49,983 nt of DNA from a virus (lineage: Duplodnaviria; Caudoviricetes): IMG/VR virus record IMGVR_UViG_3300025769_000189, positions 1 to 49,983 of that record; one strand, written 5' to 3'. Made by a program: the position numbers and the translations under genes. The notes beneath the pieces were generated by a model. It had not been told where the DNA came from, ran no database searches, and was given only the letters and a program-made list of their open reading frames with translations. Positions within the stretch are counted from its first letter, which is position 1. The number at the start of each line of letters is the position of its first letter. This document shows, piece by piece, positions 17,702 through 24,509 of the stretch.

Positions 17702-17966
17702 GAAAAAAGATTTAAATCTTTTGGATAAGTTCCCACATGGTATGCCAGTCAGCTGCCCCGGCCCAGCCAGACTTCACTATACAGGATTCAGGAACAAACG
17801 GCTGAGAATCAAGGTATTTCAATTACAGGATCCTGACCCCTGGCAGCAGCTGCGGGCTGCACGCTTCAGATGGAACTAAGAATCGGCAGAAACCCTAGGT
17901 TATTTACCCCTTGACACCACAGGAATTACGGTCCGGCCGGCCGGTGAATTATACTAATAGTTCGAA

Positions 17967-18398
17967 TTAAACCGTGGGCTGCAACTCAAGGTATTTTAAT
18001 ATCTGATCTCCTGTCCAAGGATCAGGTATCATGTACCCTGAACCCTGGTTCAATAGTTCTAAACCATGAACATGTAGTTCACGACTCATATGTCCTGGGA
18101 ATACAGCTATACCTCCAGGGCCCTTGGCCCTATTGCGAATTCTTACAAATATATAACTGACGCCACCATGCTTTGTATGAGCATAATGCCAGGCAATTTG
18201 CTTTGGAGAAATGATAACTTTTTGTAACTTATTACATTTTAATTCTACCCAAAATTGTATTCCCTTTTTACTGTCTAAACCCTTGAAAACTCCAAACAAA
18301 TCAGGCACTCCAGGTGATGCCCATGACTCTATTCTAGTCCAATTAACATTCGACATTTTATTTTTAATTTCTTGCCAAAATTTTTTCTCAGGACGCAT
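17967..18398 (-). CDS. VRR-NUC/Holliday-resolvase-like PD-(D/E)XK nuclease
   Basis: E..FW, TRIES...PGVPDL, FWVELK, SP.QIAW. Confidence 0.85.
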   Translation of the reverse strand: MRPEKKFWQEIKNKMSNVNWTRIESWASPGVPDLFGVFKGLDSKKGIQFWVELKCNKLQKVIISPKQIAWHYAHTKHGGVSYIFVRIRNRAKGPGGIAVFPGHMSRELHVHGLELLNQGSGYMIPDPWTGDQILKYLELQPTV

Positions 18399-18837
18399 TA
18401 TTTATTTCTTTTTGAGTCAAAATTTTATGACAATTTGAACACAAAATATCACATTTTTTTACTTCTTTGACTATGTTATCAAGCTGTGTCCAGCTACTTT
18501 TTCTAAAATTTGATACATTTTTAGACTTATATTTTCTATCCCGATGATGAAATTCTAAGGCATAAGGACTCTCATTGTAACCACATTCTTTACAACCTTT
18601 GCTTAATTTATAGTTGTTTAGATAATTAGATACTTTGTCATACAAATGCTTTTTGTATAATCTTTTATATTCCTGATTCTTTTTAAAACTACTAGGATCT
18701 CTCCAATTCTCTTTGAAGTAACCATCCTTCTTTAATCGTGCAGTTATGTAACCATCAAATAAATATCCATCTTCACGAGATTCTCCACAAATAAATAACT
18801 TGTTAGTCTTGGGATTCAATCTCTTCATGAGAGGCAT
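18388..18837 (-). CDS. HNH endonuclease
   Basis: CKECG...ALEFHH.D...K...VS...EV.KCDILCSNCH. Confidence 0.85.
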   Translation of the reverse strand: MPLMKRLNPKTNKLFICGESREDGYLFDGYITARLKKDGYFKENWRDPSSFKKNQEYKRLYKKHLYDKVSNYLNNYKLSKGCKECGYNESPYALEFHHRDRKYKSKNVSNFRKSSWTQLDNIVKEVKKCDILCSNCHKILTQKEINNAS

Positions 18838-19288
18838 CTATAATTACTTCAGGAAATCTGTTCCTAAGATCTTTGAGCCTATCTGCTACCTCGACCTTAC
18901 TCATCTTATCAATTGACCCAGTCAATATCTCTTTCCGATCTATATATAATCCTGCAGCTCTCCCTCGTGATACCTCTGCATTCACTGCTGCTGAATAGTT
19001 TTTTTCTGCTTCTGCACTCTTACTTAACTCGTCTAATCTTTTCATATGCCTTGTCAAATTAGACATATACTTTTTATGAATCTCTTCTCTTAACAGTGAT
19101 ATATAATTAGCAACCTTTGGAAACTCTTTAGCTGATTGTAATCTACTAGCATATATTCTAGCTGTCTTTTTAGGATAACCAGATAAAATAGCACATTCTG
19201 TTGCACTTTTCTCTCCATCATACTTTACCAAAAGTTCTGCAAACTTTCTTTGTTTCGATGTTATGTTTATTTCAGTTAATTGACTCAT
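18803..19288 (-). CDS. terS: Terminase small subunit
   Basis: T.KQRKFA...ATECAI.SGY...A...ASRL HTH; YSAAVNAEV.RGRAAGLYIDRKEI. Confidence 0.8.
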   Translation of the reverse strand: MSQLTEINITSKQRKFAELLVKYDGEKSATECAILSGYPKKTARIYASRLQSAKEFPKVANYISLLREEIHKKYMSNLTRHMKRLDELSKSAEAEKNYSAAVNAEVSRGRAAGLYIDRKEILTGSIDKMSKVEVADRLKDLRNRFPEVIIDASHEEIESQD

Positions 19289-19362
19289 TTTACAAAGTAT
19301 AGAATGTTTTTAACAGAAAACACATATAAAGTCCCAAAAAATTCTTTTACGCTGGCTTTATA

Positions 19363-19500
19363 GGTTACACCAGTTACACCTTGGTTACACCATAGTGTAA
19401 CCCATTTTTGAAGCTGGATAAGGGTTACAAGAGCGGTTACACCGGTTACACCATTTTCAACATTTTTTCTAAAATAATTTCTAAAAATATTTCTATGCAT
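19363..19500. repeat. GTTACACC iteron array plus AT-rich tract (candidate origin or pac)
   Basis: GTTACACC at 19364, 19373, 19384, 19436 and 19445; GTTACAA at 19424; inverted GTGTAAC at 19395; then TTTCTAAAA-rich AT tract. Confidence 0.85.
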
Positions 19501-19506
19501 TCTATA

Positions 19507-19719
19507 CTAAAAAAATTTAGGATCTAACATTAACAATTCTTTGGGAATATACATATGTCGTCTCATAGCATTAAATCCTTTGCGAACCAGTTCTTGCCAC
19601 ACTTCTGACTTAATAATGACATCATTTTTAGGGTTGAGAAAATGCAAAGTTACTCTGCCACATTTGTGACAATGTTTAACTTCTTTGATTGGACTGTTCG
19701 GCAGTGAATAAGAGGACAT
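19507..19719 (-). CDS. Small CxxC protein
   Basis: LPNSP....CHKCG; overlaps the upstream gene. Confidence 0.65.
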   Translation of the reverse strand: MSSYSLPNSPIKEVKHCHKCGRVTLHFLNPKNDVIIKSEVWQELVRKGFNAMRRHMYIPKELLMLDPKFF

Positions 19720-19891
19720 TGTCTCCCTCCAATTGTTTTAGTTTTTGTTGAATTAATTTTTTATCAAAAATCTTATACTTAGCAAGTAAAGAAAGCGCCC
19801 TAGTTTTAGACAATCCAGGACGCAATCCTTCAATCATACGATTTAATATGTTTTTTTGGGCTTCGTTTAGGTTCATGACCAATTCCCTCAC
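19676..19891 (-). CDS. Hypothetical protein
   Basis: 71-aa ORF; GAGGG RBS before the internal ATG (MNLNE). Confidence 0.6.
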   Translation of the reverse strand: MRELVMNLNEAQKNILNRMIEGLRPGLSKTRALSLLAKYKIFDKKLIQQKLKQLEGDNVLLFTAEQSNQRS

Positions 19892-19991
19892 AGGCCGTTC
19901 CTATAAATATATGTTCTAAGCCTAAATTAGAACACAATCTTCGTACTAAACCTTATGCAAACTATACAACATATTATGTAAAATCGCAAGA

Positions 19992-20312
19992 TTACCCTCC
20001 GAACTTGTAATTATCAGTTCTCTTACACGGTTCGCAGAATCTCTGTAACACAGAAGATATATCAAATTTTTGATAACATAAATTGCATCTACGTTGACCA
20101 ATCTTCTCTGATGCAGGCATATATCTCTTTATCTGCCTGTGTTTATATTTAGGTGTATGACCATTTTTAATCCTAATTCTATGTAATCTACCCGCAACCG
20201 AGTTCTTACTTTTATTCATTCGTATAGCAATATCTCTTACCCTTACACCTTTTTGATCCAATTCAATAAGTTTTGCATTATCTTCGTCACTCCACATGTT
20301 CTCCACGTCCAT
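19992..20312 (-). CDS. gcrA: GcrA-like transcription regulator with C-terminal Zn-ribbon
   Basis: WSDE....L..L...G.....IA..M..SKNSV.GRLHRI (GcrA N-terminal HTH) and RRCNLC...F......RFCEPCK; start set at the AGGAG-preceded ATG. Confidence 0.75.
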   Translation of the reverse strand: MDVENMWSDEDNAKLIELDQKGVRVRDIAIRMNKSKNSVAGRLHRIRIKNGHTPKYKHRQIKRYMPASEKIGQRRCNLCYQKFDISSVLQRFCEPCKRTDNYKFGG

Positions 20313-20458
20313 AAGTCTCTCCTTTTTGTTATTTTGTTTACGAACCACACATCATCGACATCACTGTAGACATATGTAATCACCTTATCTTTCTTAATAG
20401 TGTTATAATATATAGTCAAAACGACGGCTCCTCCCCTTTTTTAACATCTACAATAGGT

Positions 20459-20686
20459 TTACTTTGGATAAACTTTGTAGTTTTTGAATGATTCCGGATC
20501 AAGCAGTGGTCCGTAGTAACTACTGATGGAATCTTCAGCGCCCTCTGTCCACGTTTGGTGGTAATACTGAGTTTCATCGAGTTCCCCTTGTGAGTTACAA
20601 ACCTTACACTGCTCAATGGATTGTTCCGCCTCGAATCTAAGCTTATGATACCCATTACCCTTGCACTCGTGACATATTATTGCCAT
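20459..20686 (-). CDS. DnaJ-type zinc-finger small protein
   Basis: CHECKGNG and CKVCNSQG repeats. Confidence 0.75.
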   Translation of the reverse strand: MAIICHECKGNGYHKLRFEAEQSIEQCKVCNSQGELDETQYYHQTWTEGAEDSISSYYGPLLDPESFKNYKVYPK

Positions 20687-20846
20687 TTTCTTTCTCCCAT
20701 TTCATTTGTTTTATTTCTTTTTCTATTAACTGTTCAATATATCCACCTACTGTTTGATAACTATGTTTTGCTAATTTTTTAATGTTATCATGCACCTTAG
20801 GTTTAATTGCTATCGTGGCATATCGTGACTTCATTACCTTCTCCAT
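20655..20846 (-). CDS. Ribbon-helix-helix (Arc/CopG-like) DNA-binding protein
   Basis: YATIAI strand, then helices KVHDNIKKLA and VGGYIEQLIEKE. Confidence 0.7.
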   Translation of the reverse strand: MEKVMKSRYATIAIKPKVHDNIKKLAKHSYQTVGGYIEQLIEKEIKQMKWEKENGNNMSRVQG

Positions 20847-20983
20847 GTATCTTCTCCTTTAACAAATGTTTTGCGATCAGTTGCTAGCCAACCAATCACA
20901 CCGTAATGTTGTGAATTATAAATGTGTCTCCAAACTAAAGTAGGCTCTTTCTTTCTAAAATAATTAAAAATCTTTTTTATCAT
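20834..20983 (-). CDS. Hypothetical 49-aa protein (not in ORF track)
   Basis: MIKKIFNYFRKKEPTLVWRHIYNSQHYGVIGWLATDRKTFVKGEDTWRR; AGGAGG RBS. Confidence 0.6.
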   Translation of the reverse strand: MIKKIFNYFRKKEPTLVWRHIYNSQHYGVIGWLATDRKTFVKGEDTWRR

Positions 20984-21263
20984 TTTTACCTCCTAATACT
21001 ATGTCACCTGCAATTGCAGCATAACCTGCCATATCAACAAAATGATCTTTCACAGCCTTTCTTGATTTAGTTCTACCAATTTTTAATAACACCATCATTA
21101 TAGCTACTTCATCAGCAGTAATAGGCATACCTAAATATGCAGTCCATAGATCAGCTATGTTATTATTATTGTTTACGCACTCACCATGAGTAAATTCACG
21201 AGACGCTACAGCCTCATTAGCTTCTTCTAATATATCAGTTTTTACATCATCCGACATAGTCAT
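20964..21263 (-). CDS. DUF6378-family protein (helical nucleotide-modification-associated domain)
   Basis: IL.EA...V..R...HG....N...IADLW.AYLG....EVA.MM.LLKI.R......D..VD.AGYAA. Confidence 0.8.
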   Translation of the reverse strand: MTMSDDVKTDILEEANEAVASREFTHGECVNNNNNIADLWTAYLGMPITADEVAIMMVLLKIGRTKSRKAVKDHFVDMAGYAAIAGDIVLGGKNDKKDF

Positions 21264-21408
21264 ACCTCTTTCTCATTATTTTATGTAATCGTTCCCAATG
21301 CATACGATCAGAAACTTCTTTCCAATTTGTGCAATCTCTTTTTGCACGTTTACCTGCTTCGAAATAAGCAGCATAAATTCTTTCTTTAAGTGATCTTACT
21401 TTACCCAT
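21247..21408 (-). CDS. Hypothetical 53-aa protein (not in ORF track)
   Basis: MGKVRSLKERIYAAYFEAGKRAKRDCTNWKEVSDRMHWERLHKIMRKRYDYVG; fills the gap in the operon. Confidence 0.6.
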   Translation of the reverse strand: MGKVRSLKERIYAAYFEAGKRAKRDCTNWKEVSDRMHWERLHKIMRKRYDYVG

Positions 21409-21560
21409 GACATCATGTATCCTTGAAAACCACCGTAATTAACTTCTAAAATAAATAACATTGCTAATATAAACAAAGTTAAAATAAATATATGACGCCA
21501 AAATAAAACTAAGGCAACAATACTTGCAATGGCAATTATTCCAAATTTAGTTATAAACAT
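21396..21560 (-). CDS. Small membrane protein, 54 aa (not in ORF track)
   Basis: MFITKFGIIAIASIVALVLFWRH...; TAATG-coupled with GGAGGAG upstream. Confidence 0.65.
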   Translation of the reverse strand: MFITKFGIIAIASIVALVLFWRHIFILTLFILAMLFILEVNYGGFQGYMMSWVK

Positions 21561-21766
21561 TACTCCTCCTTTATATTGATAACAATTTCAACATTTCTTG
21601 AGGCCCATTCACCATTAACAGTGTCATTCCATTCATTAAGTAAACCTGCTAATTTTTTTAAGTCAATGTTAAGACCATCAATTGTTCCTAAAATTTGATT
21701 CTTTTTACTTTTACCGTTACTCCATTTTGTACCAATATTATTGGCAACATATTTATCGACGTGCAT
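21560..21766 (-). CDS. Hypothetical protein
   Basis: Start reassigned to ATG 21766 (AAAGGA RBS): MHVDKYVANNIG... Confidence 0.7.
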   Translation of the reverse strand: MHVDKYVANNIGTKWSNGKSKKNQILGTIDGLNIDLKKLAGLLNEWNDTVNGEWASRNVEIVINIKEE

Positions 21767-21790
21767 AATAATCCTTTCTTTCTTTTTAGT

Positions 21791-21972
21791 GAGTAGGGGG
21801 ATTCTTTGACTACCCCCAACCTTTTCCCGACAAGTCAAATATCTGTATATCTAACTAGTACTTCAGTACCACCCTTTGACCCTTCAAGCATTTGCTCATA
21901 TCAGTCATCAAGTGTGCCTTACTACCTTGTTACAGTTGTTCAGCCATACTCTGAGAATGTTGCACCATCCTC
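21791..21972 (-). ncRNA. Highly structured RNA resembling the manA RNA motif
   Basis: Multiple nested stems readable by eye; blocks GAGUAUGGCUGAACAAC, AAGGCAC...GGUGGUACUG and GGGGGUAGUCAAAGAAUCCCCCUACUC resemble the recalled manA consensus; promoter immediately upstream. Confidence 0.7.
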
Positions 21973-21982
21973 ATTTAATTAT

Positions 21983-22011
21983 CTTATATAATATATTATA
22001 ACTTATTGCAA
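21983..22011 (-). promoter_or_regulatory. Putative sigma70 promoter for the ncRNA/early operon
   Basis: TTGCAA-17 nt-TATAAG; spacer contains AAGTTATAA. Confidence 0.65.
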
Positions 22012-23463
22012 CCATTCTTTTAAATCTTCACCTAAAATTGTTGATGCTAGATTTATCTTGGTTTTCAGGGCTTTTATGATGTTCTCATCAATAGTTTTTC
22101 TTGCAACAAGATCTATGTATGTTGCTTTTGATGTCTGACCAATCCTATGTATACGATCTTCAGACTGCATTCTAACTTCTAAATCATAACTGTTAGAATA
22201 ATAAATAATAGTATGTGATACAGTTAAGTTCAAACCATAACCACCTGTTCTAGGATTTGCTACAAGATACTGGAGCCCGGAGTCAGGGGCCATGAAGCGT
22301 GATAAAATATCCTCTCTATCTTGCTGCTTGGTGTCTCCATAAAAACTCTCGGTACTTTGCGGTCCGTACTTTTTACGAAGAGCAGTAGTTAAATGTTTTA
22401 TATTATGTCTGTAGTTAGCCCATATAATTACTTTACCATCTACTTCTTCTAACACATCTAATAATGTTTCTAATCTAGGGATCTTACCTTTCGCATCATG
22501 TAAATCGACGAGCCTACCGTCATCGGTAGTCATAAATCCACAGGTAACTTGATGAAGTCTCATCAGCTGTGTCAAAGCAGAGAACGTCGTCATCGACCCT
22601 TCTTTAAGTTCAGCTACAGCAAACTCTTTTAGTTGATGATAAGCATCTATTTGTTTTGCACTCAGCTCAACCTCTCGTGTCATGTAAATTTTATCCGGAA
22701 GATCAAGACATTCTTCTTTGAGTACCCGGTAAGAAAATGTATCAATTAATTTTGTCAGCTCTTCTAAATTTTTATAACTAACAATCATGTTAAATTGGTG
22801 TGAGCCACTGATACGTCTTTTTACCATTACACAATACCGGGACTTAAACGTCCAGAAGGATGGTTGGTCGAGGAACGCCGGATCGAGAAACTCTGCTTGT
22901 GAATATAAATCGAGTGGACTTTTAGTAACAGGAGATCCTGTAAGAATTCTACGATACTGTGCTAGCTTACTTAACTTAACAACAGACTTTGTTCTTGCAG
23001 CTGTTGGTGTCTTAATAGTTGTGGACTCATCAATAGCGAATAAGGATCGATGACCCAGGAGAAACTTTGTAGCAATGTCTTGGCCTTTCTTTGTACTGAA
23101 CGCTTCGATGTTCATCAGAAATATTGTCAAGCAATCTTTTTCTTGAAACAAGAAATTTAGTTCTTCCTTTTCCTTCTTGGTTGGACTAGGATTCCAGACC
23201 ACAATTTTATACATGACATGATCTGGCATATGTCGTTGAATTTGTTCATTCTTCCAGTTTGTATAAACACCCTTAGGAGCAACAATCAGTGCCCCGTTTA
23301 TAGATCCTTGGTCATATAACATAGCAATGTTATCAATCAGCACCTTAGATTTACCGGTGCCCATCTCCATAAAATAGGCAAAGCTTTCCTTATTCCAGGA
23401 GCATCCTAGTGCCTTCAATTGATGTTCGAAAGGCTTAGTTTTAAATTTATAATTTAAATCCAT
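22003..23463 (-). CDS. SNF2-family (SF2) helicase
   Basis: MEMGTGKS, IDEST.IK, ILTGSP, GGYGLNLT, QSEDRIHRIGQ. Confidence 0.95.
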   Translation of the reverse strand: MDLNYKFKTKPFEHQLKALGCSWNKESFAYFMEMGTGKSKVLIDNIAMLYDQGSINGALIVAPKGVYTNWKNEQIQRHMPDHVMYKIVVWNPSPTKKEKEELNFLFQEKDCLTIFLMNIEAFSTKKGQDIATKFLLGHRSLFAIDESTTIKTPTAARTKSVVKLSKLAQYRRILTGSPVTKSPLDLYSQAEFLDPAFLDQPSFWTFKSRYCVMVKRRISGSHQFNMIVSYKNLEELTKLIDTFSYRVLKEECLDLPDKIYMTREVELSAKQIDAYHQLKEFAVAELKEGSMTTFSALTQLMRLHQVTCGFMTTDDGRLVDLHDAKGKIPRLETLLDVLEEVDGKVIIWANYRHNIKHLTTALRKKYGPQSTESFYGDTKQQDREDILSRFMAPDSGLQYLVANPRTGGYGLNLTVSHTIIYYSNSYDLEVRMQSEDRIHRIGQTSKATYIDLVARKTIDENIIKALKTKINLASTILGEDLKEWLQ

Positions 23464-23475
23464 TATTTCTACATT

Positions 23476-23513
23476 CTTATTTATTTGAATTTCGTATCAG
23501 AATCAAATATAAA
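23476..23513. promoter_or_regulatory. Overlapping divergent sigma70-like promoters
   Basis: Plus strand TTGAAT-17-TATAAA; minus strand TTGATT-17-TAAATA; ATTTGA/TCAAAT inverted repeat. Confidence 0.55.
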
Positions 23514-23615
23514 ATAAGGTGTAAAAAGTTTCTCCTTTTTACAATAGGCAAATAAAGGAATGCGAGGGAGCCTAAAAACTCCCTCCGACTTTAGAAGGAG
23601 AGACGGAAAGAAATA

Positions 23616-23924
23616 ATGACGGTTTTTATTATACAGAAAGTTCCACGTAGAGATTTTAGTTCTGCGAAGAAATATGGAGAATTAAAAGGTGTAGTGCCTT
23701 ATCATGAACAGATTGCATTATCACCAGGACCTGTCGTTTTTGCAGCCAATAAAATTTTAAAAAATTTTTGCAATGATGATTACTTGCTATTAGTGGGGGA
23801 CCCTAGTATAATAGGAGCGTGTTGTGCAATTGCCAGCCGATACAATAACGGACGATATAAAGTTCTGAAGTGGGATAGACAGTTAAGTAAGTACTTCCCG
23901 ATAGAATTTAATATCTTAATATAA
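23616..23924 (+). CDS. Conserved phage replication-operon protein
   Basis: A.KYGEL...DDYLLL.GDP.II...LKWDRQ...Y.P. Confidence 0.75.
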   Translation: MTVFIIQKVPRRDFSSAKKYGELKGVVPYHEQIALSPGPVVFAANKILKNFCNDDYLLLVGDPSIIGACCAIASRYNNGRYKVLKWDRQLSKYFPIEFNILI

Positions 23925-23933
23925 GGAGAAACG

Positions 23934-24497
23934 ATGAACGAAATATTCGATTTAATTAACGAGAAAGATAATTTAAATAAAGTTAATGATGCAGACCTCA
24001 GTGAGATGGGTCAGCTATGTAAGCAACTTGTTGAAATGAAACAAGATGTAAAGAAAACTGATTTAGAATTAAAAGCTAAAAAAGAAGCACTACAAGAATT
24101 ACAAAATAGAATAGCCAATGCACTAAAAGATAAAAATTTATATTCATTTAAATTAATGGATGGATCTACAGTGACATGGAAAGAAAAAATTCGTGCACAC
24201 ATTAAACCTGAGAACATTGATAATGCTTATACATATATCAGGGACCAGGGTGCAGGGGACTTGATTAAAAATGAAGTCTCATTTAGTTTCGGAAGAGGAC
24301 AAGACAACCAAGCGCAATACATCAAAGAGATGTTTCGTAAGGAAGGCTTAGAACCTTCAGAGAAAGAGGGTATTCAATGGAATACTCTAGATGCCTGGGT
24401 AAGAGAGTCATTACAAAAAGCTGCGGAAAAGGGTGAGCCTTTTCCCGAAGAGACTTTTGGTGTCTTTCGAACCAACGACGTAACAATAAAAACATAA
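23934..24497 (+). CDS. Conserved phage protein (coiled coil, NTLDAWVRE motif)
   Basis: AAGGAG RBS; G.GDLIKNEVS.SFGRG.D; directly upstream of the SSB-like gene. Confidence 0.75.
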   Translation: MNEIFDLINEKDNLNKVNDADLSEMGQLCKQLVEMKQDVKKTDLELKAKKEALQELQNRIANALKDKNLYSFKLMDGSTVTWKEKIRAHIKPENIDNAYTYIRDQGAGDLIKNEVSFSFGRGQDNQAQYIKEMFRKEGLEPSEKEGIQWNTLDAWVRESLQKAAEKGEPFPEETFGVFRTNDVTIKT

Positions 24498-24509
24498 AAG
24501 GAGTAACTT

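Larger units (their letters stand above)
16895..18000. repeat. Four degenerate copies of a (CCGG)3 / ACTA(T)A / CA..GTATTT.AAT module
   Basis: Copies start at 16914, 17201, 17758 and 17933; the distal box starts 52-54 nt downstream in each. Confidence 0.85.

Noticed and set aside
16895-18000. Mini-CRISPR array interpretation of the CCGG repeats
   Set aside because: Units are degenerate, multipartite and 175-560 bp apart with genes between them; no cas operon. The Cas4-like gene is an ordinary phage exonuclease.
19285-19500. 71-aa ORF with VTGVT repeats
   Set aside because: It is the translation of the GTTACACC iteron array and has no convincing RBS.
19936-19984. Possible dif (XerCD) site: TTATGCAAACT and TTATGTAAAAT resemble XerD arms
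   Set aside because: No properly spaced XerC arm ending in ATAA six bases upstream of either.
20416-20655. 79-aa alternative-frame ORF, or a frameshifted tail (GEEPSF) of the Zn-finger gene
   Set aside because: It overlaps the clearer CxxCxGxG ORF; no slippery site or RBS identified.
21791-21830. Group II intron domain VI-like end (GGGGG...CCCCCUACUC)
   Set aside because: No domain V, no RT/maturase and no interrupted gene; better explained as part of the manA-like RNA.
21806-21991. 61-aa plus-strand ORF, and the N-terminal extension of the 21560 ORF
   Set aside because: Both overlie the structured RNA; the SD-preceded ATG is at 21766.
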